Source: Eledone cirrhosa (lineage: Eukaryota). From it: a DNA stretch of 64,000 nt. Shown here in pieces: positions 1 through 15,900 of the stretch. The first letter of the stretch is position 1. Every line of letters begins with the position of its first letter. A program made the position numbers and the translations under genes. Location of the stretch: NCBI GenBank assembly GCA_964016885.1, contig OZ024745.1, forward strand, positions 3,410,001-3,474,000, given 5' to 3'. The notes beneath the pieces were generated by a model. The model was not told the DNA's origin, ran no database searches, and was given only the letters and a program-made list of their open reading frames with translations.

Positions 1-90
1 TGGTCAACTTTACCTTTGATACACCCAATTTCAACAAGACAAGTCCTGTTTAAATACTAGATGTGTCACCTTGTGCCAAAATCAATATTA
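1..90 (+). mobile_element. Degenerate 3' portion of a tRNA-derived SINE, truncated by the window edge
   Basis: GGTCAACTTTACCTTT at 2-17 and CCTTGTGCCAAAA at ~69-81 are near reverse complements of AAAGGCAAAGTTGACC (412-427, ~52538-52553) and TTTTGGCACATGG (51781) in the other SINE copies of this window. Confidence 0.4.
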
Positions 91-351
91 TAATATATTA
101 GCATATTCTATGTATAAGAAACATTTAATTGTATTCACACATTCATTGAGTGAATATAAAATCTATTGTAATATTGTTTGTATGGGTGAATCTGCAACAC
201 CTGATGTAGCTGTAGGAGAATGATAGTGACATATGGCACTTGGTAGGTCTTTTTTAAACTGGCAGAACCCATCCCCTCTCCAGGCTGGAACACAGTTGAT
301 TTCTTCCAAAGGAGATAGAAAAACTGATAGAGGGGAAGCAAGAAAGAGATA

Positions 352-512
352 GAGGGGAAGACTCGACCCCAGTATTGGACTGGTACTTCTTTTTATAAAC
401 CTTGAAAGGATGAAAGGCAAAGTTGACCTCATATGAACACAGACTGCAAAGAGCTGGAAGGAATACCTCAAAGCATTCCATCCTATGTTCTAACAACTCT
501 AATTCAACGCCT
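352..512 (-). mobile_element. Degenerate tRNA-derived SINE, same family as 51773-52449
   Basis: Shares CTGGTACTT..TTTTAT..ACC..GAAAGGATGAAAGGCAAAGTTGACCTC..TGAAC.CAGAC..AAAG..AAGCAT with the copy at 51817-51916. The B-box region is eroded. Confidence 0.65.
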
Positions 513-692
513 CATCCTAACATTACAAAAACTAAACATCTTAGTTTAGTCTTTAATCTCAAGAAACTCCATAAATTAAGATGTAAATATCCCAGAAACT
601 ACAAAGTCTATGGCAACAAGACTTAACAGACTTAATGTAAGATTTATTCCTCAAATTTTGAATGAGAAATTCAAAGGATTGCATGAATGATT

Positions 693-975
693 TCATAAAT
701 TTTCAATATGCTGACCACTTGAAATAAGACACATGTCTTGTCACTAGTCTAGCTTCTTTCAAACATATTGCAGCAGATTTTGATTAACAGTGTCCAGTAT
801 GGCACTGGTTCTCTGCTTGAGTTCCTCTATGTTTGCAGGAAGAGTGGGGAGGGAGCTGGGACATAGATCAGTTCATTCGCATTAACCTTAGGGAAAAAAT
901 AGCTAGGTGTCAGGTGATGTCACTGTAGACACCATTTTAACAGCAGTGTCTTCACCAGCAACACACCCAATATCA
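693..975 (-). pseudogene. C-terminal remnant of a Tc1/mariner-superfamily transposase, with stops and frameshifts
   Basis: Manual minus-strand translation gives IGCVAGEDT / LLLKWCLQ*HHLTPSYFFPKVNANELIYVP / LPANIEELKQRTSAILDTVNQNLLQYV*KKLD**QDMCLISSGQHIENL* (final stop at 693-695). This is colinear with the Tc1/mariner-type C-terminus WIGR...WPPRSPDLTPxDFFLWGxVKxxVYVP...LxELKxRI...LxxVWxELDYRxDxCxxxxGxHIEHL. No TIR identified. Confidence 0.75.
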
Positions 976-3900
976 CCACCACCACCAACACACCCAATAT
1001 CACCACCACCACCAACACACCCAATATCACCACCACCACCAACACACCCAATATCACCACCACCAACACACCCAATATCACCACCACCACCAACACACCC
1101 AATATCACCACCACCAACACACCCAATATCACCACCACCACCAACACACCCAATATCACCACCACCAACACACCCAATATCACCACCACCACCAACACAC
1201 CCAATATCACCACCACCACCAACACTCCCAATATCACCACCACCACCAACACACCCAATATCACCATCACCAACACACCCAATATCACCACCACCAACAC
1301 ACCCAATATCACCACCACCAACACACCCAATATCACCACCACCACCAACACACCCAATATCACCACCACCACCAACACACCCAATATCACCACCACCACC
1401 AACACACCCAATATCACCACCACCAACACACCCAATATCACCACCACCACCAACACACCCAATATCACCACCACCACCAACACACCCAATATCACCACCA
1501 CCAACACACCCAATATCACCACCACCACCAACACACCCAATATCACCACCACCACCAACACTCCCAATATCACCACCACCACCAACACACCCAATATCAC
1601 CACCACCAACACACCCAATATCACCACCACCACCAACACACCCAATATCACCACCACCACCAACACACCCAATATCACCACCACCACCAACACACCCAAT
1701 ATCACCACTACCAACACACCCAATATCACCACCACCAACACACCCAATATCACCACCACCACCAACACACCCAATATCACCACCACCAACACACCCAATA
1801 TCACCACCACCACCAACACACCCAATATCACCACCACCACCAACACACCCAATATCACCACCACCACCAACACACCCAATATCACCACCACCAACACACC
1901 CAATATCACCACCACCACCAACACACCCAATATCACCACCACCACCAACACACCCAATATCACCACCACCACCAACACACCCAATATCACCACTACCAAC
2001 ACACCCAATATCACCACCACCAACACACCCAATATCACCACCACCACCAACACACCCAATATCACCACCACCAACACACCCAATATCACCACCACCACCA
2101 ACACACCCAATATCACCACCACCACCAACACACCCAATATCACCACCACCACCAACACACCCAATATCACCACCACCAACACACCCAATATCACCACCAC
2201 CACCAACACACCCAATATCACCACCACCACCAACACACCCAATATCACCACCACCAACACACCCAATATCACCACCACCACCAACACACCCAATATCACC
2301 ACCACCACCAACACTCCCAATATCACCACCACCACCAACACACCCAATATCACCACCACCAACACACCCAATATCACCACCACCAACACACCCAATATCA
2401 CCACCACCACCAACACACCCAATATCACCACCACCACCAACACACCCAATATCACCACCACCACCAACACACCCAATATCACCACTACCAACACACCCAA
2501 TATCACCACCACCAACACACCCAATATCACCACCACCACCAACACACCCAATATCACCACCACCAACACACCCAATATCACCACCACCACCAACACACCC
2601 AATATCACCACCACCACCAACACACCCAATATCACCACTACCAACACACCCAATATCACCACCACCAACACACCCAATATCACCACCACCACCAACACAC
2701 CCAATATCACCACCACCAACACACCCAATATCACCACCACCACCAACACACCCAATATCACCACCACCAACACACCCAATATCACCACCACCACCAACAC
2801 ACCCAATATCACCACCACCACCAACACACCCAATATCACCACTACCAAAAACACACCCAATATCACCCCCACCAACACACCCAATATCACCACCACCACC
2901 AACACACCCAATATCACCACCACCACCAACACACCCAATATCACCACCACCACCAACACACCCAATATCACCACCACCACCAACACACCCAATATCACCA
3001 CCACCACCAACACACCCAATATCACCACTACCACACACCCAATATCACCCCCACCAACACACCCAATATCACCCCCACCAACACACCCAATATCACCCCC
3101 ACCAACACACCCAATATCACCCCCACCAACACACCCAATATCACCACCACCACCAACACACCCAATATCACCACCACCACCAACACACCCAATATCACCA
3201 CCACCACCAACACACCCAATATCACCACCACCACCAACACACCCAATATCACCACCACCACCAACACACCCAATATCACCACCACCAACACACCCAATAT
3301 CACCCCCACCAACACACCCAATATCACCCCCACCAACACACCCAATATCACCACCACCACCAACACACCCAATATCACCACCACCACCAACACACCCAAT
3401 ATCACCACCACCAACACACCCAATATCACCACCACCAACACACCCAATATCACCCCCACCAACACACCCAATATCACCACTACCACCAACACACCCAATA
3501 TCACCACCACCACCAACACACCCAATATCACCACCACCACCAACACACCCATTATCACCCCCACCAACACACCCAATATCACCACCACCACCAACACACC
3601 CAATATCACCACTACCACCAACACACCCAATATCACCACCACCAACACACCCAATATCACCACCACCACCACCAACACACCCAATATCACCACCACCACC
3701 AACACACCCAATATCACCACCACCAACACACCCAATATCACCCCCACCAACACACCCAATATCACCCCCACCAACACACCCAATATCACCCCCACCAACA
3801 CACCCAATATCACCACCACCACCAACACACCCAATATCACCACCACCACCAACACACCCAATATCACCACTACCACCAACACACCCAATATCACCCCCAC

Positions 3901-6900
3901 CAACACACCCAATATCACCACCACCACCAACACACCCAATATCACCACTACCACCAACACACCCAATATCACCACCACCAACACACCCAATATCACCCCC
4001 ACCAACACACCCAATATCACCACTACCACCAACACACCCAATATCACCACCACCACCAACACACCCAATATCACCAGCACCACCAACACACCCATTATCA
4101 CCCCCACCAACACACCCAATATCACCACCACCACCAACACACCCAATATCACCACTACCACCAACACACCCAATATCACCACCACCAACACACCCAATAT
4201 CACCACCACCACCACCAACACACCCAATATCACCACCACCACCACCAACACACCCAATATCACCACCACCACCAACACACCCAATATCACCACCACCACC
4301 AACACACCCAATATCACCACCACCACCAACACACACAATATCACCACCACCAACACACCCAATATCACCACCACCACCACCAACACACCCAATATCACCA
4401 CCACCACCAACACACCCAATATCACCACTACCACCAACACACCCAATATCACCACCACCAACACACCCAATATCACCACCACCACCAACACACCCAATAT
4501 CACCACCACCAACACACCCAATATCACCACCACCACCAACACACCCAATATCACCACCACCAACACACCCAATATCACCACCACCACCAACACACCCAAT
4601 ATCACCACCACCAACACACCCAATATCACCACCACCACCAACACACCCAATATCACCACCACCACCAACACACCCAATATCACCACCACCACCAACACTC
4701 CCAATATCACCACCACCACCAACACACCCAATATCACCATCACCAACACACCCAATATCACCACCACCAACACACCCAATATCACCACCACCAACACACC
4801 CAATATCACCACCACCACCAACACACCCAATATCACCACCACCACCAACACACCCAATATCACCACCACCACCAACACACCCAATATCACCACCACCAAC
4901 ACACCCAATATCACCACCACCACCAACACACCCAATATCACCACCACCACCAACACACCCAATATCACCACCACCAACACACCCAATATCACCACCACCA
5001 CCAACACACCCAATATCACCACCACCACCAACACTCCCAATATCACCACCACCACCAACACACCCAATATCACCACCACCAACACACCCAATATCACCAC
5101 CACCACCAACACACCCAATATCACCACCACCACCAACACACCCAATATCACCACCACCACCAACACACCCAATATCACCACTACCAACACACCCAATATC
5201 ACCACCACCAACACACCCAATATCACCACCACCACCAACACACCCAATATCACCACCACCAACACACCCAATATCACCACCACCACCAACACACCCAATA
5301 TCACCACCACCACCAACACACCCAATATCACCACCAACACACCCAATATCACCACCACCAACACACCCAATATCACCACCACCACCAACACACCCAATAT
5401 CACCACCACCACCAACACACCCAATATCACCACCACCACCAACACACCCAATATCACCACTACCAACACACCCAATATCACCACCACCAACACACCCAAT
5501 ATCACCACCACCACCAACACACCCAATATCACCACCACCAACACACCCAATATCACCACCACCACCAACACACCCAATATCACCACCACCACCAACACAC
5601 CCAATATCACCACCACCACCAACACACCCAATATCACCACCACCAACACACCCAATATCACCACCACCACCAACACACCCAATATCACCACCACCACCAA
5701 CACACCCAATATCACCACCACCAACACACCCAATATCACCACCACCACCAACACACCCAATATCACCACCACCACCAACAGTCCCAATATCACCACCACC
5801 ACCAACACACCCAATATCACCACCACCAACACACCCAATATCACCACCACCACCAACACACCCAATATCACCACCACCACCAACACACCCAATATCACCA
5901 CCACCACCAACACACCCAATATCACCACTACCAACACACCCAATATCACCACCACCAACACACCCAATATCACCACCACCACCAACACACCCAATATCAC
6001 CACCACCAACACACCCAATATCACCACCACCACCAACACACCCAATATCACCACCAGCACCAACACACCCAATATCACCACCACCACCAACACACCCAAT
6101 ATCACCACTACCAACACACCCAATATCACCACCACCAACACACCCAATATCACCACCACCACCAACACACCCAATATCACCACCACCAACACACCCAATA
6201 TCACCACCACCACCAACACACCCAATATCACCACCACCAACACACCCAATATCACCACCACCACCAACACACCCAATATCACCACCACCACCAACACACC
6301 CAATATCACCACTACCACCAACACACCCAATATCACCCCCACCAACACACCCAATATCACCACCACCACCAACACACCCAATATCACCACCACCACCAAC
6401 ACACCCAATATCACCACCACCACCAACACACCCAATATCACCACCACCACCAACACACCCAATATCACCACCACCACCAACACACCCAATATCACCACTA
6501 CCAACACACCCAATATCACCCCCACCAACACACCCAATATCACCCCCACCAACACACCCAATATCACCCCCACCAACACACCCAATATCACCCCCACCAA
6601 CACACCCAATATCACCACCACCACCAACACACCCAATATCACCACCACCACCAACACACCCAATATCACCACCACCACCAACACACCCAATATCACCACC
6701 ACCACCAACACACCCAATATCACCACCACCACCAACACACCCAATATCACCACCACCAACACACCCAATATCACCCCACCAACACACCCAATATCACCCC
6801 CACCAACACACCCAATATCACCACCACCACCAACACACCCAATATCACCACCACCACCAACACACCCAATATCACCACCACCAACACACCCAATATCACC

Positions 6901-9900
6901 ACCACCAACACACCCAATATCACCCCCACCAACACACCCAATATCACCACTACCACCAACACACCCAATATCACCACCACCACCAACACACCCAATATCA
7001 CCACCACCACCAACACACCCATTATCACCCCCACCAACACACCCAATATCACCACCACCACCAACACACCCAATATCACCACTACCACCAACACACCCAA
7101 TATCACCACCACCAACACACCCAATATCACCACCACCACCACCAACACACCCAATATCACCACCACCACCAACACACCCAATATCACCACCACCAACACA
7201 CCCAATATCACCCCCACCAACACACCCAATATCACCCCACCAACACACCCAATATCACCCCCACCAACACACCCAATATCACCACCACCACCAACACACC
7301 CAATATCACCACCACCACCAACACACCCAATATCACCACTACCACCAACACACCCAATATCACCCCCACCAACACACCCAATATCACCACCACCACCAAC
7401 ACACCCAATATCACCACTACCACCAACACACCCAATATCACCACCACCAACACACCCAATATCACCCCCACCAACACACCCAATATCACCACTACCACCA
7501 ACACACCCAATATCACCACCACCACCAACACACCCAATATCACCACCACCACCAACACACCCATTATCACCCCCACCAACACACCCAATATCACCACCAC
7601 CACCAACACACCCAATATCACCACTACCACCAACACACCCAATATCACCACCACCAACACACCCAATATCACCACCACCACCACCAACACACCCAATATC
7701 ACCACCACCACCACCAACACACCCAATATCACCACCACCACCAACACACCCAATATCACCACCACCACCAACACACCCAATATCACCACCACCACCAACA
7801 CACACAATATCACCACCACCAACACACCCAATATCACCACCACCACCACCAACACACCCAATATCACCACCACCACCAACACACCCAATATCACCACTAC
7901 CACCAACACACCCAATATCACCACCACCAACACACCCAATATCACCACCACCACCAACACACCCAATATCACCACTACCACCAACACACCCAATATCACC
8001 ACCACCACCAACACACCCACTATCACCACCACCACCAACACACCCAATATCACCACCACCACCACCAACACACCCAATATCACCACCACCACCAACACAC
8101 CCAATATCACCACCACCACCAACACACTCAATATCACCACTACCACCAACACACCCAATATCACCACCACCAACACACTCAATATCACCACCACCACCAA
8201 CACACCCAATATCACCGCCACCAACACACCCAATATCACCACCACCACCACCAACACACCCAATATCACCACCACCACCAACACACCCAGTATCACCATC
8301 ACCACCAACACACCCAATATCACCACCACCACCAACACACTCAATATCACCACCACCACCAACACACCCAATATCACCACCACCAACACACCCAATATCA
8401 CCACCACCACCAACACACCCAATATCACCACTACCACCAACACACCCAATATCACCACCACCACCAACACACCCAATATCACCACCACCACCAACACACC
8501 CAATATCACCACCACCACCAACACACCCAATATCACCACTACCACCAACACACCCAATATCACCACAACCGCCAACACACCCAATATCACCACCACCACC
8601 AACACACCAAGTATCACCATCACCACCAACACACCCAATATCACCACCACCACCAACACACCTAATATCACCACCACCACCAACACACCCAATATCACCA
8701 CTACCACCAACACACCCAATATCACCACCACCACCAACACACCCAATATCACCACCACCACCAACACACCCAGTATCACCATCACCACCAACACACCCAA
8801 TATCACAACCACCACCAACACACCCAATATCACCACTACCACCAACACACCCAATATCACCACCACCACCAACACACCCAATATCAACACTACCACCAAC
8901 ACACCCAATATCACCATCACCACCAACACACCCAGTATCACCATCACCAACAACACACCCAATATCACCACCACCACCACCAACACACCCAATATCACCA
9001 CCACCACCAACACACCCAATATCACCACCACCACCAACACACTCAATATCACCACCACCAACACACCCAATATCACCACCACCACCAACACACCCAATAT
9101 CACCACCACCAACACACCCAATATCACCAACACCACCAACACAACCAATATCACCACCACCACCAACACACCCAATATCACCACCACCACCAACACACTC
9201 AATAGCACCACCACCACCAACACACCCAATATCACCACCACCAACACACCCAATATCACCACCACCAACACACCCAATATCACCACCACCACCAACACAC
9301 CCGATATCACCACCACCACCAACACACTCAATATCACCACCACCAACACACCCAATATCACCACCACCACCAACACACCCAATATCACCACCACCAACAC
9401 ACCCAATATCACCACCACCAACACACCTAATATCACCACCACCACCAACCACCCAATATCACCACCACCACCAACACACTCAATATCACCACCACCACCA
9501 ACACACCCAATATCACCACCACCAACACACCCAATATCACCACCACCAACACACCCAATATCACCACCACCACCAACACACCCAATATCACCACCACCAA
9601 CACACCCAATATCACCACCACCACCAACACACCCAATATCACCACTACCACCAACACACCCAATATCACCACCACCACCAACACACCCAATATCACCACC
9701 ACCACCAGCACACCCAATATCACCACCACCAACACACCCAATATCACCACTACGACCAACACACCCAATATCACCACCACCACCAACACACCCAATAACA
9801 CCACCACCACCAACACACCCAATATCACCACCACCAACACACCCAATATCACCACCACCAACACACCCAATATCACCACCACCAACACACCCAACATCAC

Positions 9901-12900
9901 CACTACCACCAACAAACCCAATATCACCACTACCACCAACACACCCAATATCACCACCACCACCACCACCAACAAACCCAATATCACCACCACCACCAAC
10001 ACACCCGATATCACCACCACCACCAACACACCCAATATCACCACTACCACCAACACACCCAATATCACCACCACCACCAACACACACAATATCACCACCA
10101 CCACCAACACACCCAATATCACCACCACCAACACACCCAATATCACCACCACCACCAACACACCCAATATCACCACTACCACCAACACACCCAATATCAC
10201 CACCACCACCAACACACCCAATATCACCACTACCAACAACACACCCAATATCACCACCACCACCAACACACACAATATCACCACCACCAACACACCCAGT
10301 ATCACCACCACCAACACACCCAATATCACCACCACCACCAACACACCCAATATCACCACTACCACCAACACACCCAATATCACCACCACCACCAACACAC
10401 ACAATATCACCACCACCAACACACCCAATATCACCACCACCAACACACCCAATATCACCACTACCACCAACACAACCAATATCACCACCACCACCAGCAC
10501 ACCCAATATCCCCACTACCACCAACACACCCAATATCACCACCACCACCAACACACCCAATATCACCACTACCACCAACACACCCAATATCACCACCACC
10601 AACACACTCAATATCACCATTACCAACACACCCAATATCACCACCACCAACACACCCAATATCACCACTACCACCAACACACCCAATATCACCACCACCA
10701 ACACACTCAATATCACCATTACCAACACACCCAATATCACCACCACCACCAACACACCCAATATCACCACCACCACCAACACACCCAATATCACCACTAC
10801 CAACACACTCAATATCACCACCACCACCAACACACCCAATATCACCACCACCAACACACCCAATATCACCACTACCACCAACACACCCAATATCACCACT
10901 ACCACCAACACACCCAATATCACCACCACCAACACACCCAATATCACCACTACCACCAACACACTCAATATCACCACCACCACCAACACACCCAATATCA
11001 CCACCACCAACACACCCAATATCACCACTACCACCAACACACCCAATATCACCACTACCACCAACGCACCCAATATCACCACTACCACCAACGCACCCAA
11101 TATCACCACTACCACCAACACACCCAATATCACCACGACCACCAACACACCCAATATCACCACCACCATCAACACACCCAATATCACCACCACCAACACA
11201 CCCAATATCACCACTACCAACACACCCAATATCACCCCCACCACCAACACACCCAATATCACCACCACCACCAACACACCCAATATCACCACCACCATCA
11301 ACACACCCAATATCACTACCACCAACACACCCAATATCACCACCACCAACACACTCAATATCACCACCACCAACGCACCCAATATCACCCCCACCACCAA
11401 CACACCCAATATCACCACCACCAACACACCCAATATCACCACTACCACCAACGCACCCAATATCACCACTACCACCAACACACCCAATATCACCACTACC
11501 ACCAACACACCCAATATCACCACCACCACCAACACACCCAATATCACCACCACCAACACACCCAATATCACCACTACCACCAATACACCCAATATCACCA
11601 CTACCACCAACGCACCCAATATCACCACTACCACCAACACACCCAATATCACCACTACCACCAACACACCCAATATCACCACCACCAACACACCCAATAT
11701 CACCACCACCAACACACCCAATATCACCACCACCAACACACCCAATATCACCACCACCACCAACACACCCAATATCACCACCACCACCAACACACCCAAT
11801 ATCACCACTATCACCAACACACCCAATATCACTACCACCAACACACCCAATATCACCACCACCAACACACCCAATATCACCACTACCACCAACACACCCA
11901 ATATCACCCCCACCACCAACACACCCAGTATCACCACTATCACCAACACACCCAATATCACTACCACCAACACACCCAATATCACCACCACCAACACACC
12001 CAATATCACCACTACCACCAACACACCCAATATCACCCACCACCACCAACACACTCAATATCACCACCACCACCAACACACCCAATATCACCACCACCAA
12101 CACACCCAATATCACCACCACCAACACACCCAATATCACCACTATCACCAACACACCCAATATCACTACCACCAACACACCCAATATCACCACCACCAAC
12201 ACACCCAATATCACCACCACCAACACACCCAATATCACCACCACCAACACACCCAATATCACCACTACCACCAACACACCCAATATCACCACTACCACCA
12301 ACACACCCAATATCACCACCACCACCAACACACCCAATATCACCACCACCAACACACCCAATATCACCACTACCACCAACGCACCCAATATCACCACTAC
12401 CACCAACACACCCAATATCACCACCACCAACACACCCAATATCACCACTACCACCAACGCACCCAATATCACCACTACCACCAACACACCCAATATCACC
12501 ACCACCACCAACACACCCAATATCACCACCACCAACACACCCAGTATCACCACCACCAACACACCCAATATCACCACTACCACCAACGCACCCAATATCA
12601 CCACTACCACCAACACACCCAATATCACCACTACCACCAACACACCCAATATCACCACCACCACCAACACACCCAATATCACCACTACCACCAACACACC
12701 CAATATCACCACCACCACCAACACACACAATATCACCACCACCAACACACCCAATATCACCACCACCACCAACACACCCAATATCACCACTACCACCAAC
12801 ACACCCAATATCACCACTACCACCAACACACCCAATATCACCACCACCAACACACCCAATATCACCACTACCACCAACGCACCCAATATCACCACTACCA

Positions 12901-15900
12901 CCAACGCACCCAATATCACCACTACCACCAACACACCCAATATCACCACTACCACCAACACACCCAATATCACCACTACCACCAACACACCCAATATCAC
13001 CACCACTACCAACACGCCCAATATCACCACCACCAACACACCCAATATCACCACTACCACCAACACACCCAATATCACCACCACCACCAACACACCCAAT
13101 ATCACCACCACCACCAATGCACCCAATATCACCACTACCACCAACACACCCAATATCACCACTACCACCAACACACCCAATATCACCACCACCAACACAC
13201 CCAATATCACCCCCACCAACACACCCAATATCACCACTACCACCAACACACCCAATATCACCACCACCACCAACACACCCAATATCACCACCACCACCAA
13301 CACACCCATTATCACCACCACCAACACACCCAATATCACCACTACCACCAACACACCCAATATCACCACCACCAACACACCCAATATCACCACCACCACC
13401 AACACACCCAATATCACCACTACCACCAACACACCCAATATCACCACCACCACCAACACACCCACTATCACCACCACCACCAACACACCCAATATCACCA
13501 CCACCACCAACACACCCAATATCACCACCACCACCAACACACCCAATATCACCACCACACCACACACTCAATATCACCACTACCACCAACACACCCAATA
13601 TCACCACCACCAACACACTCAATATCACCACCACCACCAACACACCCAATATCACCGCCACCAACACACCCAATATCACCACCACCACCACCAACACACC
13701 CAATATCACCACCACCACCAACACACCCAGTATCACCATCACCACCAACACACCCAATATCACCACCACCAACAACACACTCAATATCACCACCACCACC
13801 AACACACCCAATATCACCACCACCAACACACCCAATATCACCACCACCACCAACACACCCAATATCACCACTACCACCAACACACCCAATATCACCACCA
13901 CCACCAACACACCCAATATCACCACCACCACCAACACACCCAATATCACCACCACCACCAACACACCCAATATCACCACTACCACCAACACACCCAATAT
14001 CACCACAACCACCAACACACCCAATATCACCACCACCACCAACACACCAAGTATCACCATCACCACCAACACACCCAATATCACCACCACCACCAACACA
14101 CCCAATATCACCACCACCACCAACACACCCAATATCACCACTACCACCAACACACCCAATATCACCACCACCACCAACACACCCAATATCACCACCACCA
14201 CCAACACACCCAGTATCACCATCACCACCAACACACCCAATATCACAACCACCACCAACACACCCAATATCACCACTACCACCAACACACCCAATATCAC
14301 CACCACCACCAACACACCCAATATCAACACTACCACCAACACACCAATATCACCATCACCACCAACACACCCAGTATCACCATCACCAACAACACACCCA
14401 ATATCACCACCACCACCACCAACACACGCAATATCACCACCACCACCAACACACCCAATATCACCACCACCACCAACACACTCAATATCACCACCACCAA
14501 CACACCCAATATCACCACCACCACCAACACACCCAATATCACCACCACCAACACACCCAATATCACCAACACCACCAACACAACCAATATCACCACCACC
14601 ACCAACACACCCAATATCACCACCACCACCAACACACTCAATATCACCACCACCACCAACACACCCAATATCACCACCACCAACACACCCAATATCACCA
14701 CCACCAACACACCCAATATCACCACCACCACCAACACACCCAATATCACCACCACCACCAACACACTCAATATCACCACCACCAACACACCCAATATCAC
14801 CACCACCACCAACACACCCAATATCACCACCACCAACACACCCAATATCACCACCACCACACACCTAATATCACCACCACCACCAACCACCCAATATCAC
14901 CACCACCACCAACACACTCAATATCACCACCACCACCAACACACCCAATATCACCACCACCAACACACCCAATATCACCACCACCAACACACCCAATATC
15001 ACCACCACCACCAACACACCCAATATCACCACCACCAACACACCCAATATCACCACCACCACCAACACACCCAATATCACCACCACCACCAACACACCCA
15101 ATATCACCACCACCACCAACACACCCAATATCACCACCACCACCAACACACCCAATATCACCACCACCAACACACCCAATATCACCACCACCACCAGCAC
15201 ACCCAATATCACCACCACCAACACACCCAATATCACCACTACGACCAACACACCCAATATCACCACCACCACCAACACACCCAATAACACCACCACCACC
15301 AACACACCCAATATCACCACCACCAACACACCCAATATCACCACCACCAACACACCCAATATCACCACTACCACCAACACACCCAATATCACCACCACCA
15401 CCAACACACCCAATATCACCACCACCACCAACACACCCAATATCACCACTACCACCAACACACCCAATATCACCACCACCAACACACCCAATATCACCAC
15501 CACCAACACACCTAATATCACCACTACCACCAACACACCCAATATCACCACCACCAACACACCCAATATCACCACCACCAACACACCCAATATCACCACT
15601 ACCACCAACACACCCAATATCACCACCACCACCAACACACCCAATATCACCACCACCAACACACCCAACATCACCACTACCACCAACAAACCCAATATCA
15701 CCACTACCACCAACACACCCAATATCACCACCACCACCACCACCAACAAACCCAATATCACCACTACCACCAACACACCCAATATCACCACTACCACCAA
15801 CACACCCGATATCACCACCACCACCAACACACCCAATATCACCACTACCACCAACACACCCAATATCACCACCACCACCAACACACACAATATCACCACC

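Noticed and set aside
135-626. Short ORFs in the left flank, including a pyrimidine tract plus CAG on the minus strand near 326
   Set aside because: They overlap a SINE and show no recognisable domain. An exon cannot be excluded, but nothing in the sequence supports one.
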